From assembly GCA_943704415.1 (NCBI GenBank), contig CALSCO010001406.1:1-41496 (forward strand): a DNA stretch of 41,496 nt. Direction: 5' to 3'. Positions 22,271 to 34,941 of this stretch are shown here, one piece after another. The notes below the pieces were generated by a model, which was given only the letters and a program-made list of their open reading frames with translations, had not been told where the DNA came from and did no database searches. This DNA comes from Parvularia atlantis (Eukaryota). Every line of letters begins with the position of its first letter. Positions within the stretch are counted from its first letter, which is position 1. The translations under genes and the position numbers were made by a program.

Positions 22271-24000
22271 TCAGGCGCTCGGCGGCGCGACGTACTGGCC
22301 CACGAGCATGACCATGCGCAGTGTCTTGTGCCAGACGAAAAACAGGAACGGCCGGTCGGCCGTGAACGTCTTAGCGTCCTGCGGCGGGGCGGCGGCGATC
22401 AGAGGCTGCGGGTGCGGCAGGCGCGCAACTGCACCGTGCCGGACGTCCGCCGCGGTTGCCGCCCGTCGGCGGTCATGTGCACTTCGTCAACCTCGAACGT
22501 GGCTGCGCAAGCGTCGCGCGTGTGAGGCGCAGCGGGCATGAGCGCAAGAGCACGCACTCTTGTGGAACATCTCGGACACGACGACCTTCTCGGGCGACAG
22601 GCGCGCGAGCTGGGCCTTCTCCGGGTCAAACACGCGCGAGACGCCGAGGTCGCGCAGCAGATCCCGCAGCGCGAGCTGGTGTGACATCCTGAACTTTGGC
22701 AGCGTGATGTCGACGGTCTTCGGGAACATCTCGTCCACGAGCACGTTGAATCCGGGCCCCTCGAGGTCGCGCACGAGTGCGGCAAAGGCCGTGGGCGTGT
22801 TGCTGTCGGGCACGACGAAGACGGCGGCAAAGGCCAGGTTGGCCACGTCCTCGTCGACAAACTCGGGCCCGTACGGCAGCTCAATCGCCTGCCGGCCGCA
22901 CGCGGTTCGAGATAAGCGTCCGCCCGGCCGGTGCACGTCGCGAGGAGCACCTCGTAGCCCTGCGCCTTCTTGTACCGGACGAGCGTCGTGCTGCGCATCA
23001 TCGGCACGTCTTTGTGCACCTTGCCCTTGAGGTCGACAAAGTTCTGTGCGCGTGTGAGCACGCTGGCACCGCCACCCACTGTGCACGCACCGCGAGCACA
23101 GAGTTCTGCGGCAGGAAGACGTCGCGCCACTGCCCGCGGAAGTACAGCGCGGACGTGAGGATCGCCTGCGTCTCTGCGCTGACGCTGCGCGGCGCGCTTC
23201 AGCCGCGACAGGCAACGGCAAGGTGCGCGTACGTACCTGTTGGGCGGGAGGACCTGCGTGATCTTGCCCTTGGTACGCGTCGCGACCCACGCGTTGATGC
23301 GGTCCTTCGTGCGCTTCACGTGAGCGATCGCGAGCAGCCGCGCGTCGTCGCGCACCAGCTCCTCGACTGCGCGCTCGGCAAAGGCCGCCGTGTCGGCCGT
23401 GACGGTGAAGAAGGTCGTGGCGGCCTTCTCAAAGTCCTTCATGTACTTGAAGCGGACGTCGGACCAGATCTTGTTGGCCGGCAGCACCTGCGCGCCGTCG
23501 GCTGCGCCGCATCCGCCCTCAGCCACAGCCCGGCGATGCACGCGACGAGCTCGCACCCTTCGAGAAGCCCGCGAGGCCCAGCTTCTGCAGCATCGCTGCG
23601 AGCGCCACGTGGTGCTGCAGCTCCGGCAGGACGATGCGCAGCGCCTGCACGAGCTCGGCCGCCGTCTCGTCCTGCGCGCCCACCAGCTGCGCATCGGCCC
23701 CGCGCGCGCACGCTCAGCCCGCGCACGTCCATCGGCGCCGCCCCGCCGCCGCCCGCGCACCGCCAGCGCCATCGACGCCGCCAGCATCGCGGGCGAGAGG
23801 CACAGGTTGCCGCCGAGGCCCGCGTCGCGTGCGCGCAGCCGCTCGAACACGGCCCAGCCAAACTCGCGGATCGAGCGTGCCACGACCTTCTTGTCGTTGA
23901 GGATTTGCTGCGCGAGGCGCACGACGCGGCGCGCGTGGAGGCGGCGCGTGAGGCGGACGATGCGCCACGTGCGCCGGGCGGTTCCGTGACGCACCGACAT
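22271..24000 (-). CDS. Serpin (intracellular, atypical reactive-centre loop)
   Basis: NLCLSP, LVGAQDETAAEL, RINAWVATRTKGKI, SALYFRGQW, VPMM, IELPY, VDITLPKF, LRDLGVSRVFD, FTADRPFLFFV serpin signature. Confidence 0.9.
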
Positions 24001-24294
24001 GCTTTCTTCTTCTTCACTCGAGCTCAAATGGAGTGCAGCATGGACGATGTTAGCAACCGATCGTCGTCAAGGAGGCGGGCGGCGGCGTCGATCTGCCCCG
24101 CTTCTGCGCGCGCGGCTGGCGCTGTTGCTGCGGTGTGGTGGGCGGGGTGGGCTGCGTGCGCGCTTGTGCGTGTTGCGTGCGTGTGTGCGCGGTGGACGGG
24201 CGCTGCTCCCCCCTTGACCTGTCGCGATGTCACCGTCCGCGTGACCGCGCTGACGCCACCCGCAGGACGCTTCCCGCAGCTCGCGCAGCGATCG

Positions 24295-25714
24295 ATGGCT
24301 GACGAGGCGCGCGGGCGGCTCAGCCTCGCCTTCCGCGACATCGACACGGTGCGCTGCTTGCGGCCCGCCCTCGCGCGCGGCCTGAACGCGCGCTGGCAGG
24401 TGCCCGCCGTCATCGCCAAGCGGCACGCACACGACCTGCTCGAGCTCGACCTGTCCAACAACAGCTTGAGCGTGCGCATCGGGGCCGCGTCACGCCGGCG
24501 CATCGTCGGCAGACACGTACGGCGCCCGCACGAGCAGACGCTCACCAGCCTCGCGCCGTTCACCAGCCTCGAGACGCTCATCCTCGACCACAACGAGCTC
24601 ACGTCGCACTCGAAGGCGCGCCACGACGCCAGCAGGGCCCACGCGGACGCTGACGTGCGTGTGCGTGTGTCGCGCATCCGCAGCTGCCGCCGCTGCCCCG
24701 CCTGCGAACGCTCTGGGTCAACCACAACAGGATCAGCAACCTGTCCATCTTCATCGACCACCTCGCGGCGTACGCGCCCGGGCTGCGTGCGTCGGCGCGC
24801 ATCGGCGCCGCGCGCAGGCTCTCACGCGCCAGCCGCGGCAGGGCACCTGAGCATGCTCAACAACGAGGCGTGCCCCAACTACTTCAACGGCGGCACGGCC
24901 AAGCAGTACGCCGACTACCGGTGCAACCAGCGTGCACCTGTGTGCGAGCGGTGCTCACGCGGCAGCGCGCCAGGCTGTTTGTGATCTCGCGGCTCAAGGA
25001 ACTGCGCGTGCTCGACGACCAGGCCGTGACCAGCGAGGAGCGGTGCGTCTGTCCGCGTGCGCGCGCGCGCTCCGTTTGACGACGCGCGTGGCACAGCAAA
25101 GAGAGCCTGATCGCATACGCGGCCTACAAGACGTCGGTCGTGCTCGAGTCCGGGACGGCGGTCGGCCCGGCCGTGCAAGTGCGCGCGTCTCGTGGCGCAC
25201 TGTGCGCTGCTCACAGCTCGCGCGCTCAGCGCGTCATGGTCCGCGCCCGCAAGACGACATCGCCGCCGCCCTCCGTGCGCTCGCTCTCCATCGACAGCCG
25301 GCGCCCATCTACCAGCGGCAGCACCCCGGCCACGCCGCTCTCGGCCTCCGCATCGACCCCGCCGCCGCCTCTGCCGCCAGCCGCCGTCTCGCCGAGCGCC
25401 GCGCACCTCGCCAGCCGCCGCAGCCCGCGCGGGTCCATCGCGCCGCCCGTCGGCTTCGAGTGGAAGCCCGGGGCCCAAGAGCTCGGTGCGCCGCTTGCTC
25501 TGGGGAGGAGGACGCTGAACGGCGGCGGGGCGCAGACGCGGCGCAGATCGCGCTGGCCGAGCAGCAACGCCAGGCCGCGCCCGACTCGGACTGGAGCAGC
25601 GACGAGGACGTGCCCGAGGTGCGCTGTCGGTGGATCGCCGGCGACATGCCTCTGATGCGGGGGACACAGGTGTACTCGGGCAGGGCGTCCAGGGCAGGGT
25701 CGATCAGGGCGTGA
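24295..25714 (+). CDS. Leucine-rich repeat protein, LRMDA (C10orf11)-like
   Basis: LLELDLSNNSL, LETLILDHNEL, LPRLRTLWVNHNRI, LRHLSMLNNEACPNYF...YADYRLFVISRLKELRVLDDQAVTSEER; low-complexity C-tail. Confidence 0.8.
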
Positions 25715-25893
25715 GCGCGCTGCAGGTTACGTGTGTGGTCAACGTGCTGTCATAGCCGCGAAACATGAGCGCACAGAGCGCTGTACACTTGGGCGCGTGG
25801 AGACGATGAGTGGTGCCTTTGCGTGGCGTGCGTCTGTTGTGTGTGCGAGTTCCTCTCCCAAAAAGCAAGAATGAACGTTACTTGTGCCTCGTG

Positions 25894-28800
25894 TCACGCC
25901 GGCGCCTGGCCGGTCTTCTCCATGATTGCGCGCTTCCAGAGCGGCAGCTTGGCGAGCTCGGCGGCCTTGCGTTCGGCCTCCTGCGACTTCACGTGATGAG
26001 CTCTCCGCCAGCGCGTCGTCGGGAGCGACCACGCACCTGCCGCGCCTTCTCCTCGGCCTCCTTGCGCTTGCGCTCGACCAGCGCGGCCTTCCAGTCGCCG
26101 TTGCCCTGCGCGCCGCCGGCGGCTGCTGGTGCTGCGGCCGCGGCCGCGGGCGCGAAGGGTGCAGGTGACGCGGGTCCGCTCGCGGTGCGGCCCCTGCCCG
26201 CGGCGGCGGCCGGTCCCGGTCCAGGCGGCGGTTGTTGATGCTGCTGCTGTGGTGGTGGCCGAGCCTCGGGTGGCGGACGGGCCCCAGGTGGTGCGTTGGG
26301 CGGCATGGGTGGCGCGCCCACGGCCAGCAACGGCGGCGACGTGGGCTTGTACCCGCCCGAGGTCATGACCATGTTGTAGACGTGCTGTGCGGTGGCGGCA
26401 GCGTACGCGGCGGCGGCTGGAACGCATCGCGTGAGCGGCACCGTGCGATCGCACCAGGTGTGCACACCCTGCTCGGCCGCCTGCTTGGCCTGCTCGTCCG
26501 CCAGACGCGCCGCCAGCTCCTCCGCTTGCTTCTGCGCAGCGACGACGACGGTCAGCGCATTGTGCACTCAGCCGGCCGTGCCACGGACCTTCTCGATCTG
26601 CTGCCGCTTCCAGGGCGGGAGCGCGGCCAGCTTGGCGTCCTCGGCTTTCTTCTTGTTGACCTGCGCGCATGCGACGTGCGAGATGTGAGTGACGCGTGCT
26701 CACGTCGCGGACACCGCACCTCCTCCATCATCTTCGCGTTGGCGCGGTTCATGTACTGCTCATACTGCTTCCACATGCCAATGATGCGCTTGAGCTCCTG
26801 TGTGTCGCGTACGTGCTGAGCGTTTACGCAGCGCACGCGGCCCAGCGCACCTTCTCGTCGGTCCACGTGGGCGGCGGCTGGGCGGCGAGCCGTGCCTCGG
26901 CCTCAGCGCGCGACATCGTGCCGGGCGGGATGACCGGCGGCGGGTCGCCCTGCATTCCGTTGTGAGTGCGGCGCACATGGCATGAGCAGGCAGAGTACGC
27001 GCGCACCTCGAGCACGGGGACCATCGCCGCTGCTGCCATCGCCGGGTTCATCGCGCCCGCAGCCGGTACGGTGATCGGCCCGGGTGGCATCGCGCCCGGC
27101 GGCATCGCGCCCGGTGGCATCGCCCCAGGAGGAAACGCGCCGGGGGGATAGGCACCCAGCGGCGGATAGGCACCCGGCGGCGGCATCGCTCCGGGCGGGT
27201 AGGGTCCCGGCGGGTAGGCGCCCGGCGGCGGCATGTTGGTGAAGCCCGGCGCCGGCGGCGCGGGCCCGCCTTGGTACGCCGCGAGCGGATTCTCGGCGTA
27301 AAACATGGACTCGGTGCGGTGCTGCGCCGAGGGGTGTCAGCGATGCGCACAGCAGCAGCACGCACGGCACCTTGGTGCGCGCGTCGTCGGCAGGCCGTAG
27401 CCCACTCTGGGCGGTCGTAAGCTGCTGCATCATTGACTGCTTCATGACCGTGCCGCCAACCGTGGCCACGCGCGGCGCCGGCTCCTCGGGCGCGAACGAC
27501 GGCGGCTGCTGGCGGGCCGTGCTCGGGCTGCGCGTTCTCCCGAGCATGTTTGGCGCTGCGATCCGCGTCAGCAAAGCTGCGCGCCATGGGTGGCCCGAGC
27601 ACGCACGCTGGACGGCAAAGCCGCTGGAGACGGGCGCCGCGACCGCGGCCTTCTCGGCGTTGCGCTTGCGCATGAGCTCTTGCTGCACGGTGCAGGTCAG
27701 CGCCTAGCGGTCGAACATCACGTGGGCCGTGCACCTTCCACGGCGGGAGCTTGCCGATCTCCTCCTCCTCGCGCCGTGCAGCCATCGCCTTCTTCGCTTG
27801 GAACTGCAGGTACACCTCCCACTTCTTGTGCAGCTCGACAATCTGGCGCGCCGTGTCAACAGCTGGCGCGCGATAGTACTGGCCGACGCACCTTGCGCAG
27901 CTCCTTCTCCTCCATCCAGTTTGGGTTCTGAGCCAGCCGCGCCTCGGCCTCCTGACGCGACGGTGCACCGGGTGGCAGCGGCGGGGGCGGCGGCATCTCG
28001 GGCTCTGCCGGCGTAGCAGCCTGCTGAACGGGTGCCGCAGACGGTGACATCGGACTGCTCGTCGCCGGTGGTGCCGCTGCCGCGCCGGGCTTGAACGCAG
28101 CCGCACGCAATGCCAGCGCGCCCGATGCCGCGGGCGGGGGTGGCGGAGGTGGCGGCGGCCCGCCTGCCTCGGCCTCGGCGGCCGCCTTGCCCTCCTCGAA
28201 CGTGCGCGCGCGTGCAGCCAGCTCTGTGCACATTTCAGCAGCGGACTGAGCAGCGCGCCGGCGCACGCACCCTCGCGCTTGCGCTGCTTCTCCTCCTCCT
28301 CGATCGCGAGTTTCTCGGCGGCACTGTCGGCGCAGCGGGGTCAGCACAGCGCCCGCGCGCGCACACGTGCACACAGGACGCACATCCGCGCCTGCTCGGC
28401 GGCCACGCGCGCCTCCTCCTCGCGCCGCAGTCGCTCCTCCTCCTCGCGCTTCTTGCGCTCCTCCTCCTCCTTGCGCCGCCGCTCCTCCTCCTCCTTCTTC
28501 TTACGCCCGATCTCGGCCTTGAGCAGCGCGAGCCGTTGTGCTGCGGCCGGCGAGCCGTCAGCCCGCACGCTGCAGCCTGGGCTCGCCACGCACCCTGGAT
28601 TTGCGCGAGCCGCGTCTCCAGCAGCGCCGCTGGCTTGTCGCGCACAAACACCTTGGTCTTGCCGACCTGGTAGTCGCTGATCGGCAGCTGGATCTGCACA
28701 GGCGCGCGGGCGCAGGCGTCAGCTGGAGCGCGCGCGGAAGGGGCGCACGCCGCACCATGCGCAGCAGCTCGGCCGCGGCCGCTTTGCGCGTCGTTGCTGT

Positions 28801-31800
28801 CGTGATCGGCTTGCGGTCGGCCGGCGGCAGGAGCAGCACAAAGCGGTTGACAAAGTCCTGCGCGATGCCGCGTCAGCCGCTCGTGGGTGCCGAGCAGCTG
28901 AACGTGCATCAAACGTGAAGCGGACGGGGTAGCCCTCGCGGCGGATGCGCACGGTCTCCAGCATGCCCGAGTAGCGCAGCTGCGAGTCGGCGCGCGTCAG
29001 TAACGCCGTTGCGCCCGCTCGAGGCGCGCGCGCGCCTGCTTCAGCACAAAGTCCTCCACGAACGTGTTGGGCACCTGCTGCTGGTTGGGCTTCACGCAGC
29101 GGATAAAGTACGGCTGCGTCTTGCGCAGCAGCGCCATGAGCTCGTCCAGCGACATCTGGGGGTGCGCGCGCGCGTGAGACACAGGCGCGAGCTTCCAAGC
29201 GCACGCGCGCACACCTTGAACTCGGACGAGACCGTCGCGACCTTGCGCTTCATCGTCTCGGTGGCCTCGGTGTCTGTGGCGTAACGACGCAAATCAGCAA
29301 TGCTACCGCGCAGGTTGGGCTACCGCGCTCACTCTTCGTGCCCTTGAGCGGTTTCTCGTTGAACAGGTCCTGCAACATCGGCAGGCTTGAGCTGAGCGCC
29401 GCGGCGAGCAGGTCCGATGAGATCGTGTCGCGGTTCTTCTCGAGAAACAGCGAGGCGTCGTACAGCACCTGCCGCAACGGTGCGCGGTGAGCAAGGCACG
29501 ACCGCGCGCGCGCAGATGGGCAGCCTCACCAGCCCGGCGTAGTGCTTGACGCCAAAGGTGTGCTTGTTGGGCACGCGGTCGCCCTCGTAGTTGGCGTGGC
29601 CCTTAAAGTTCTCGCTCTGGCGCTGCAGCAGGCTCTGCGTCGTCGCCTTTGGGAAGTAGCTCTGCTCGTCAAGGATGCCGAGCAGGCCGTTCGTTTTCTG
29701 CGCACGCGCGCGCGCGCGCGCGCGCGCAAGCGTCACGGCACACACTCGGTAGGCCGCGCACGCACCTCCGTGATCATGTCCAGGCACGCCTTGTTGTCGA
29801 CGAAGGAGATCTCGCTCAGGCGCAGGCCCTCGTGCTTGTACTCCATCTGCTCGAGCTTGAAGATGTACTGCGCAGGGATGCTGAGCACGAGCGCGCCTCC
29901 CAGTGCGCGCGCACCTCGTTGAAAAAGTCCTGCAGCTGCTCGTTGGCCAGGTTGATGCACAGCTGCTCAAAGCTGTTGTGCTGGCAGCGTCGCGGCGTGA
30001 GCACGCGTGGCACACGCACGGGCATGCGCGCGCACATCAAAGTTCTCAAAGCCAAAAATGTCGAGGATGCCGATGAAGTGGTCGCAATTGTTGACGCACA
30101 TGGCGTTGTTGACGTTGCGAATGATGTACGAGAACAGCAGGCCGTAGATCGCTGGTCACGCCCGCGCGTGAGGCACCGCGCAAATAGCGAGCGCACGCAC
30201 CCTTAGCGAGCGCATCGCGCGAGTCGGCCGCCTTGGCCTTGTCGAGCGGCGACGTGATGTACTCCTTGCGGATGAAGCTCGTGCGCATGATCAGCGGCTT
30301 CTCTGCAGATCCGACGGGCCGTCAGTGCGAGCACAGCACCCACGCTGTGGCGCACCGAGCACGTCCGGGCTGATGCCGAGCACGGCGGCCGCGGCCTGCA
30401 GCGTGGGCTTCGCCGCGGCCGAGATGCCCGTGACGTTCTCGCCGCTCGCATCGACGTCAAAGTCGATATTGCCCTGCACGGCGCAAGCGCATGAGCGACT
30501 GCACGGCATGCAAGCGCGAGCGCACCAGGTGCAGCACGCCGGCGACGATCTGGAAGATGTCGTTGATCATCTCGGGTGAGAACATGGTCATGGCGGCCTT
30601 GAGCTCGGCGAAGCACTGCGACAGGCCGAGCTGTGAACGTGCGCATGGCACGCCGCTGCCGCGCACGGCACCTTGGCGTCGTTGAGGCCGTCGATGGTCG
30701 TGCAGCCGCTTTGGCTCAGGAAGTAGTACGCCTTGGGGTCGCTCGCGGCGAGCTTGTACTGGTCTGCGCGCGCGAGCGTGAGTCTGTGCTGCGTCGACAC
30801 CGCACAACGCACCGCGCTCGGCCGCGCTCGCGCCCGTCACGAGGTAGTAAAACACATGGTAGTTGCGCTCCTTCTTGGTCTGGCGCACGACGCGCGACTG
30901 GCGTGCGTGGACCGCGTCAGGGCGTGCCGCCGCACGGCGTGCAGGCGCGAGCACATACCTTCTCGAGCAGGTACTCGCGCACGCGCGCGCCCATGAGCAC
31001 GTTGTCGGTGCTGAACTGCAGTTCCGTGAATTTGCCCTGCGACGCACGGCGCATCAGTGCACGGCCTCACACTTGCCTCGCGCACGCGCACAAAGCGGCT
31101 CGAGTTGTTGTTGTACACGGTCTTGGCGTTGCCAAAGGCCTCAAGCACGATGTTGACGTTGAGCACGTCGGTCTGGACCTGGCTCTGGGCCTTGCCCTCG
31201 ACGCTGGCCATGTAGCGGCAGACGAGCTTCATGCTCTCGGTCTTGCCCGCGCCCGACTCGCCACTTGGCGGGGCGCGTCAGGTCGTGTACGCACGCACCC
31301 GCGACGGCCGCACCTGATGATGAACGCCTGATTCATATTGGACGCGACGAGCGCGCTGTACGCCTTCTCGGCCAGTGCGTAGATGTGTGGCGGCACTGTT
31401 TATGCGGTGAGTGCGGTTGTGATGGCGCGAGCGAGTGATGGCGCGAGCGCGTGATTGCGCAAGAGCGAGAGCGACAACTCGAGTAGGAGTACGAGCATCG
31501 CCTCCGCCAGCACCACAACGGTCCATCGAGCGCAACCAAATCGACAGGACGGACGTACCCTGCGAGAGCGCCTTCCGCCGGAAGACCTCGGGCTTGTCGT
31601 ACAGCCCGGCGAGCTTCTTGAACGAGTTGACGGCGACGAGGATGGCGCCAATGTACGTCTGTGCGGGCGGCCGCGCATGAGCCGCGCTGCCGTCCACCAG
31701 CGCCTCGGCCGGCGCACGTAGATGTTGTCGCGCTCGTAGCGGATGGCCAGGTTGCGCATCACGGTCATCTCGTTGAGCAGGTCGATGTTGATCATGTCGT

Positions 31801-32150
31801 CGACGCCCTCGCCCAGGTTGACGATCTGCGCGGCGCCGCGTCAGTCGTCCGCTGCCGTCCGTCGCGCCGCGCACCGCCGCCGTCTTCGCGTCGAGCCCCG
31901 CGATCGGCGTGTAGAGCAACTGGTCGATGTCTGCGGCGCGCGTGAGCTGCTGCTGAAGGACGCGGAGAGCGCGGCGCACCGTCGAGGACAATGCCGGCGG
32001 CGTCGATGCCGGCCTCCTTGAGCATCGCCTCCATCGCCATCGTGGCGGGGGCCTGCGGGCACCGGCGCGCGTCGGCGCGTGAGCGCAGCAGCAGGCGGAC
32101 GCGAACGAGGCGCAAGTTAAGTAGAACGGGGCTGTCACACTTCTCACCAT
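25894..32150 (-). CDS. Unconventional myosin heavy chain
   Basis: [19 protein letters not shown] (P-loop), [76 protein letters not shown]; then E/R/K helix and Pro-rich tail; roughly 30 introns. Confidence 0.95.
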
Positions 32151-32455
32151 GCGCCGCGATTGGCGCGATCAGTTGCCATGGGTGCTGCCTGCTGACCACA
32201 TTTGGCGAGTGTGTGGCCAGGCTCGGTGACGGGCGATGCGCGTGACTCGGCGGCCCACGTGCCACTCGCTTCCCCCGTGACCCTTCCGTCCTTCTCGCTG
32301 CTTCGCGCTGCTTCGCGGCCCGCCTCGTGGCCCGTGCCTCGTCTGCTGACAAGCGGCGTGCGCTCTGGCTCTCCCCGCTCATTTTTTCGCCCTTCGTCGC
32401 GGTCGCGCTGCTGACGGCACGTGGGCACCCGCAGCAGCAGCATCCCGCTTTCGTC

Positions 32456-34745
32456 ATGGCATCGCCGCCCCACACGACAACAGAGCGCCCCACCGTCGCG
32501 CAGTTCTTCGCCGGCCGCTCGGTGCTCATCACCGGCGCCACGGGCTTCGTCGGCAAGGTGCGCGCCGTGCGGGATCCCGCCTCCCGTGCCGCGCTCACAA
32601 CAAGGAAAAAAAAAAAGGCCCTCGTCGAGAAGCTGCTGCGCGCCAGCCCCGACGTGGCGCGCGTCTACATGATCGTCCGCCCCAAGAAGGGCGTGCCGCC
32701 GGCCGAGCGCGTGAAGGAGATCACCGGCTGCGACGTGCGTGGCCCCCCGTTCGCCGTCGCCATCCTGGTTGCGCTCACGTTGCGCGTGATGCCGCAGCTG
32801 TTTGAGCCGCTGCTAAAGGCCAAGCCCGGCGTCACCGACAAGCTCGTCGTCGTGCCCGGCGACCTCGTGCTGCCCGGCCTCGGCCTCGCGTCGTCCGACA
32901 TGGACGAGATCCGCCAGAGCGTGACGGTCATTCTGCACTGCGCCGCGACGGTCAACTTCAACGAGAAGCTCAAGCTGGCGCTGCAGCTCAACGTGCTGTC
33001 AGTGCAGCAGCTGCTCGCCTTCGCGCGCACCTTCACGTCTCTCGCCGCCTTTGTGCACGTCTCAACGGCCTTCTCCAACTGCGACAAGCTGTGCATCCGC
33101 GAGAAGGTGCGCTCGCCCTAGTCTGCTCCCGCGCGCGCTCACGCTGCTTACGGCCCCGCTCGCGCGCCGCATCCAGATCTACCCGACCACCGTCGACCCC
33201 AAGGCGCTCATGGCCGCCGTCTTCTCGATGGACGACGACACGGCCGTCAACATCACGCCCAAGGTGCGCGCGACGTTCTTCGCTCTTCGTGCTTCCCCAC
33301 TCACCCGGCATCGCGCGCAGCTCGTTGGGAAACGGCCCAACACGTACACGTTCACCAAGAGCCTGGCCGAGGACATCGTGCGCCAGGACGGCCAGGGTGC
33401 GCGCTTCGCCAGCCCCGCTTCGCGTTTATGCCACGACGCTGACGACACGCGCGACGCAAAGGCCTGCCCATCGCGATCATGCGCCCCTCGATCATCGGCG
33501 CGGCCTACAAGGGCCCCATCCCCGGGTGGCAGGACAACCTCAACGGGCCCGGCGGCATGTACATCGCGGCCGCGCACGGCATGCTGCGTTGCATGAAGGT
33601 GCGCGCCCGTGCCCGTGCCCGTGCCAGTGCCCGTGCCCTTGTCCGCTGCGCCCTGACACACACACGCAGGGCGACATGTTTGCCATCTCAGACATCGTCC
33701 CCGTCGACTTTTGCGCCAACATGATCCTCGCCATCGCCTGGAGCCTCGGCACGAGCGAGCCGGCGCCGCTGGGCACGCCGCCGACGGTGTACCACTGCAC
33801 GTCGGGCGCGGGCAACCCGATCACGTGGGGCAAGCAGTTTGAGATGGCCTTCCGCGGCCTCGACCGCAACCCTGTGCCGCACGAGGAGCGCGCGCCAATC
33901 TTCCCGGTGCGCCTCTCGCCGCCGCCGCCCGCCCGTCGATCCGTCCGCTTTTCGCTGACCTGCGGGTGCAGGCCTCGTTCACGTTCCACATGAACCCGCG
34001 CGCGCTCGCGTTCTGGGACTTTGTCTACCACCGCCTGCCTGCGTTCGGCATCGACACGGCGCTCGTCCTCAGCGGCCAGAAGGCCGTGATGAGCAAGTGC
34101 GTTTGTTGTTCACTCGCTTTCTGCCGGCTGCTGACGTTCTCGCGCCCCGCGCGCTCGCCAGGCTCGGCCAGCGCTTGCGCTCGTCGATCGTCGCGTACGA
34201 GTTTTTCACGAGCCACAGCTGGTGGTGGGAGTTCAACAACGGCACCTACCTGCTCGAGGGTGCGCGCCGCGCTCGCGCACGCCGCCGGCCCGCAGCTGAA
34301 GGCCACGCGCACGCGCGCGCAGACATGGCGCCGGAGGACGCCAAGGAGTTCTCGTTTGACATGTCGAGCATCCAGTGGGAGCCGTACCTCGAGAGCTACT
34401 GGGTCGGCACGTGGAAGTTCCTCAAGCGTGACACGCCCGACAAGGTGCGGCGTCGCACTGCCCGCTGCCGCACGCGCTGGCCGTTCACCCGCGTCGCGCC
34501 GCACGCCGCAGATCGCCAAGCAGAAGCGCATGATGAGCCTGATCAAGGTTGCCATGGTCGCCGTCGCCGTCGCCGTGCTCGCGATCGTGGTGCGTTTGCC
34601 CCTGCCCAGCCGTCCCCCGCTATGCGTGGCTGACCGAGCCGTGCGCGTACGTCAGGTCGGCCTCGTGCTCCTGCTCATCAACGTGACCTCGTCCGACGCC
34701 GTCACCGGCAGCAACAGTCCGCTGACCATTTCGGGGAGCTCGTGA
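32456..34745 (+). CDS. Fatty acyl-CoA reductase with C-terminal membrane anchor
   Basis: VLITGATGFVGKALVEKLLR, ILHCAATVNFNE, FVHVSTAF, RPNTYTFTKSLAE, IMRPSII, DIVPVDFCAN, FSFDMSSIQWEPY; hydrophobic C-terminus. Confidence 0.93.
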
Positions 34746-34941
34746 GGCGCCGTATATGCTGCTGGCCGCGTGTCTGTGCAATTTCATCATTTGGTCCCCT
34801 TCTGCCTTGGAACTCTCGTCCCCGTCCCGTTCCCCCTCCCCTTGCCCGCCTGTGAGCGTGGCGCCGGTGTCCCGCCCGGGCTTGCGGCTATCGTAAATAA
34901 AGTCTGCACTCTCAGCATTTATTGTGCTTGGCGCAAAGGAC

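Noticed and set aside
24245..24295. Branch point plus AG upstream of the ATG (also 32411-32434) as trans-splice acceptors
   Set aside because: Plausible cis donors (GTGCGT/GTGCGC) lie shortly upstream, so ordinary 5' UTR introns suffice.
22777..24984. 735-aa plus-strand ORF and similar long ORFs (34942-36888, 38387-40234, 10136-11674)
   Set aside because: Stop-poor GC-rich shadows that run through introns or antisense to recognisable spliced genes.
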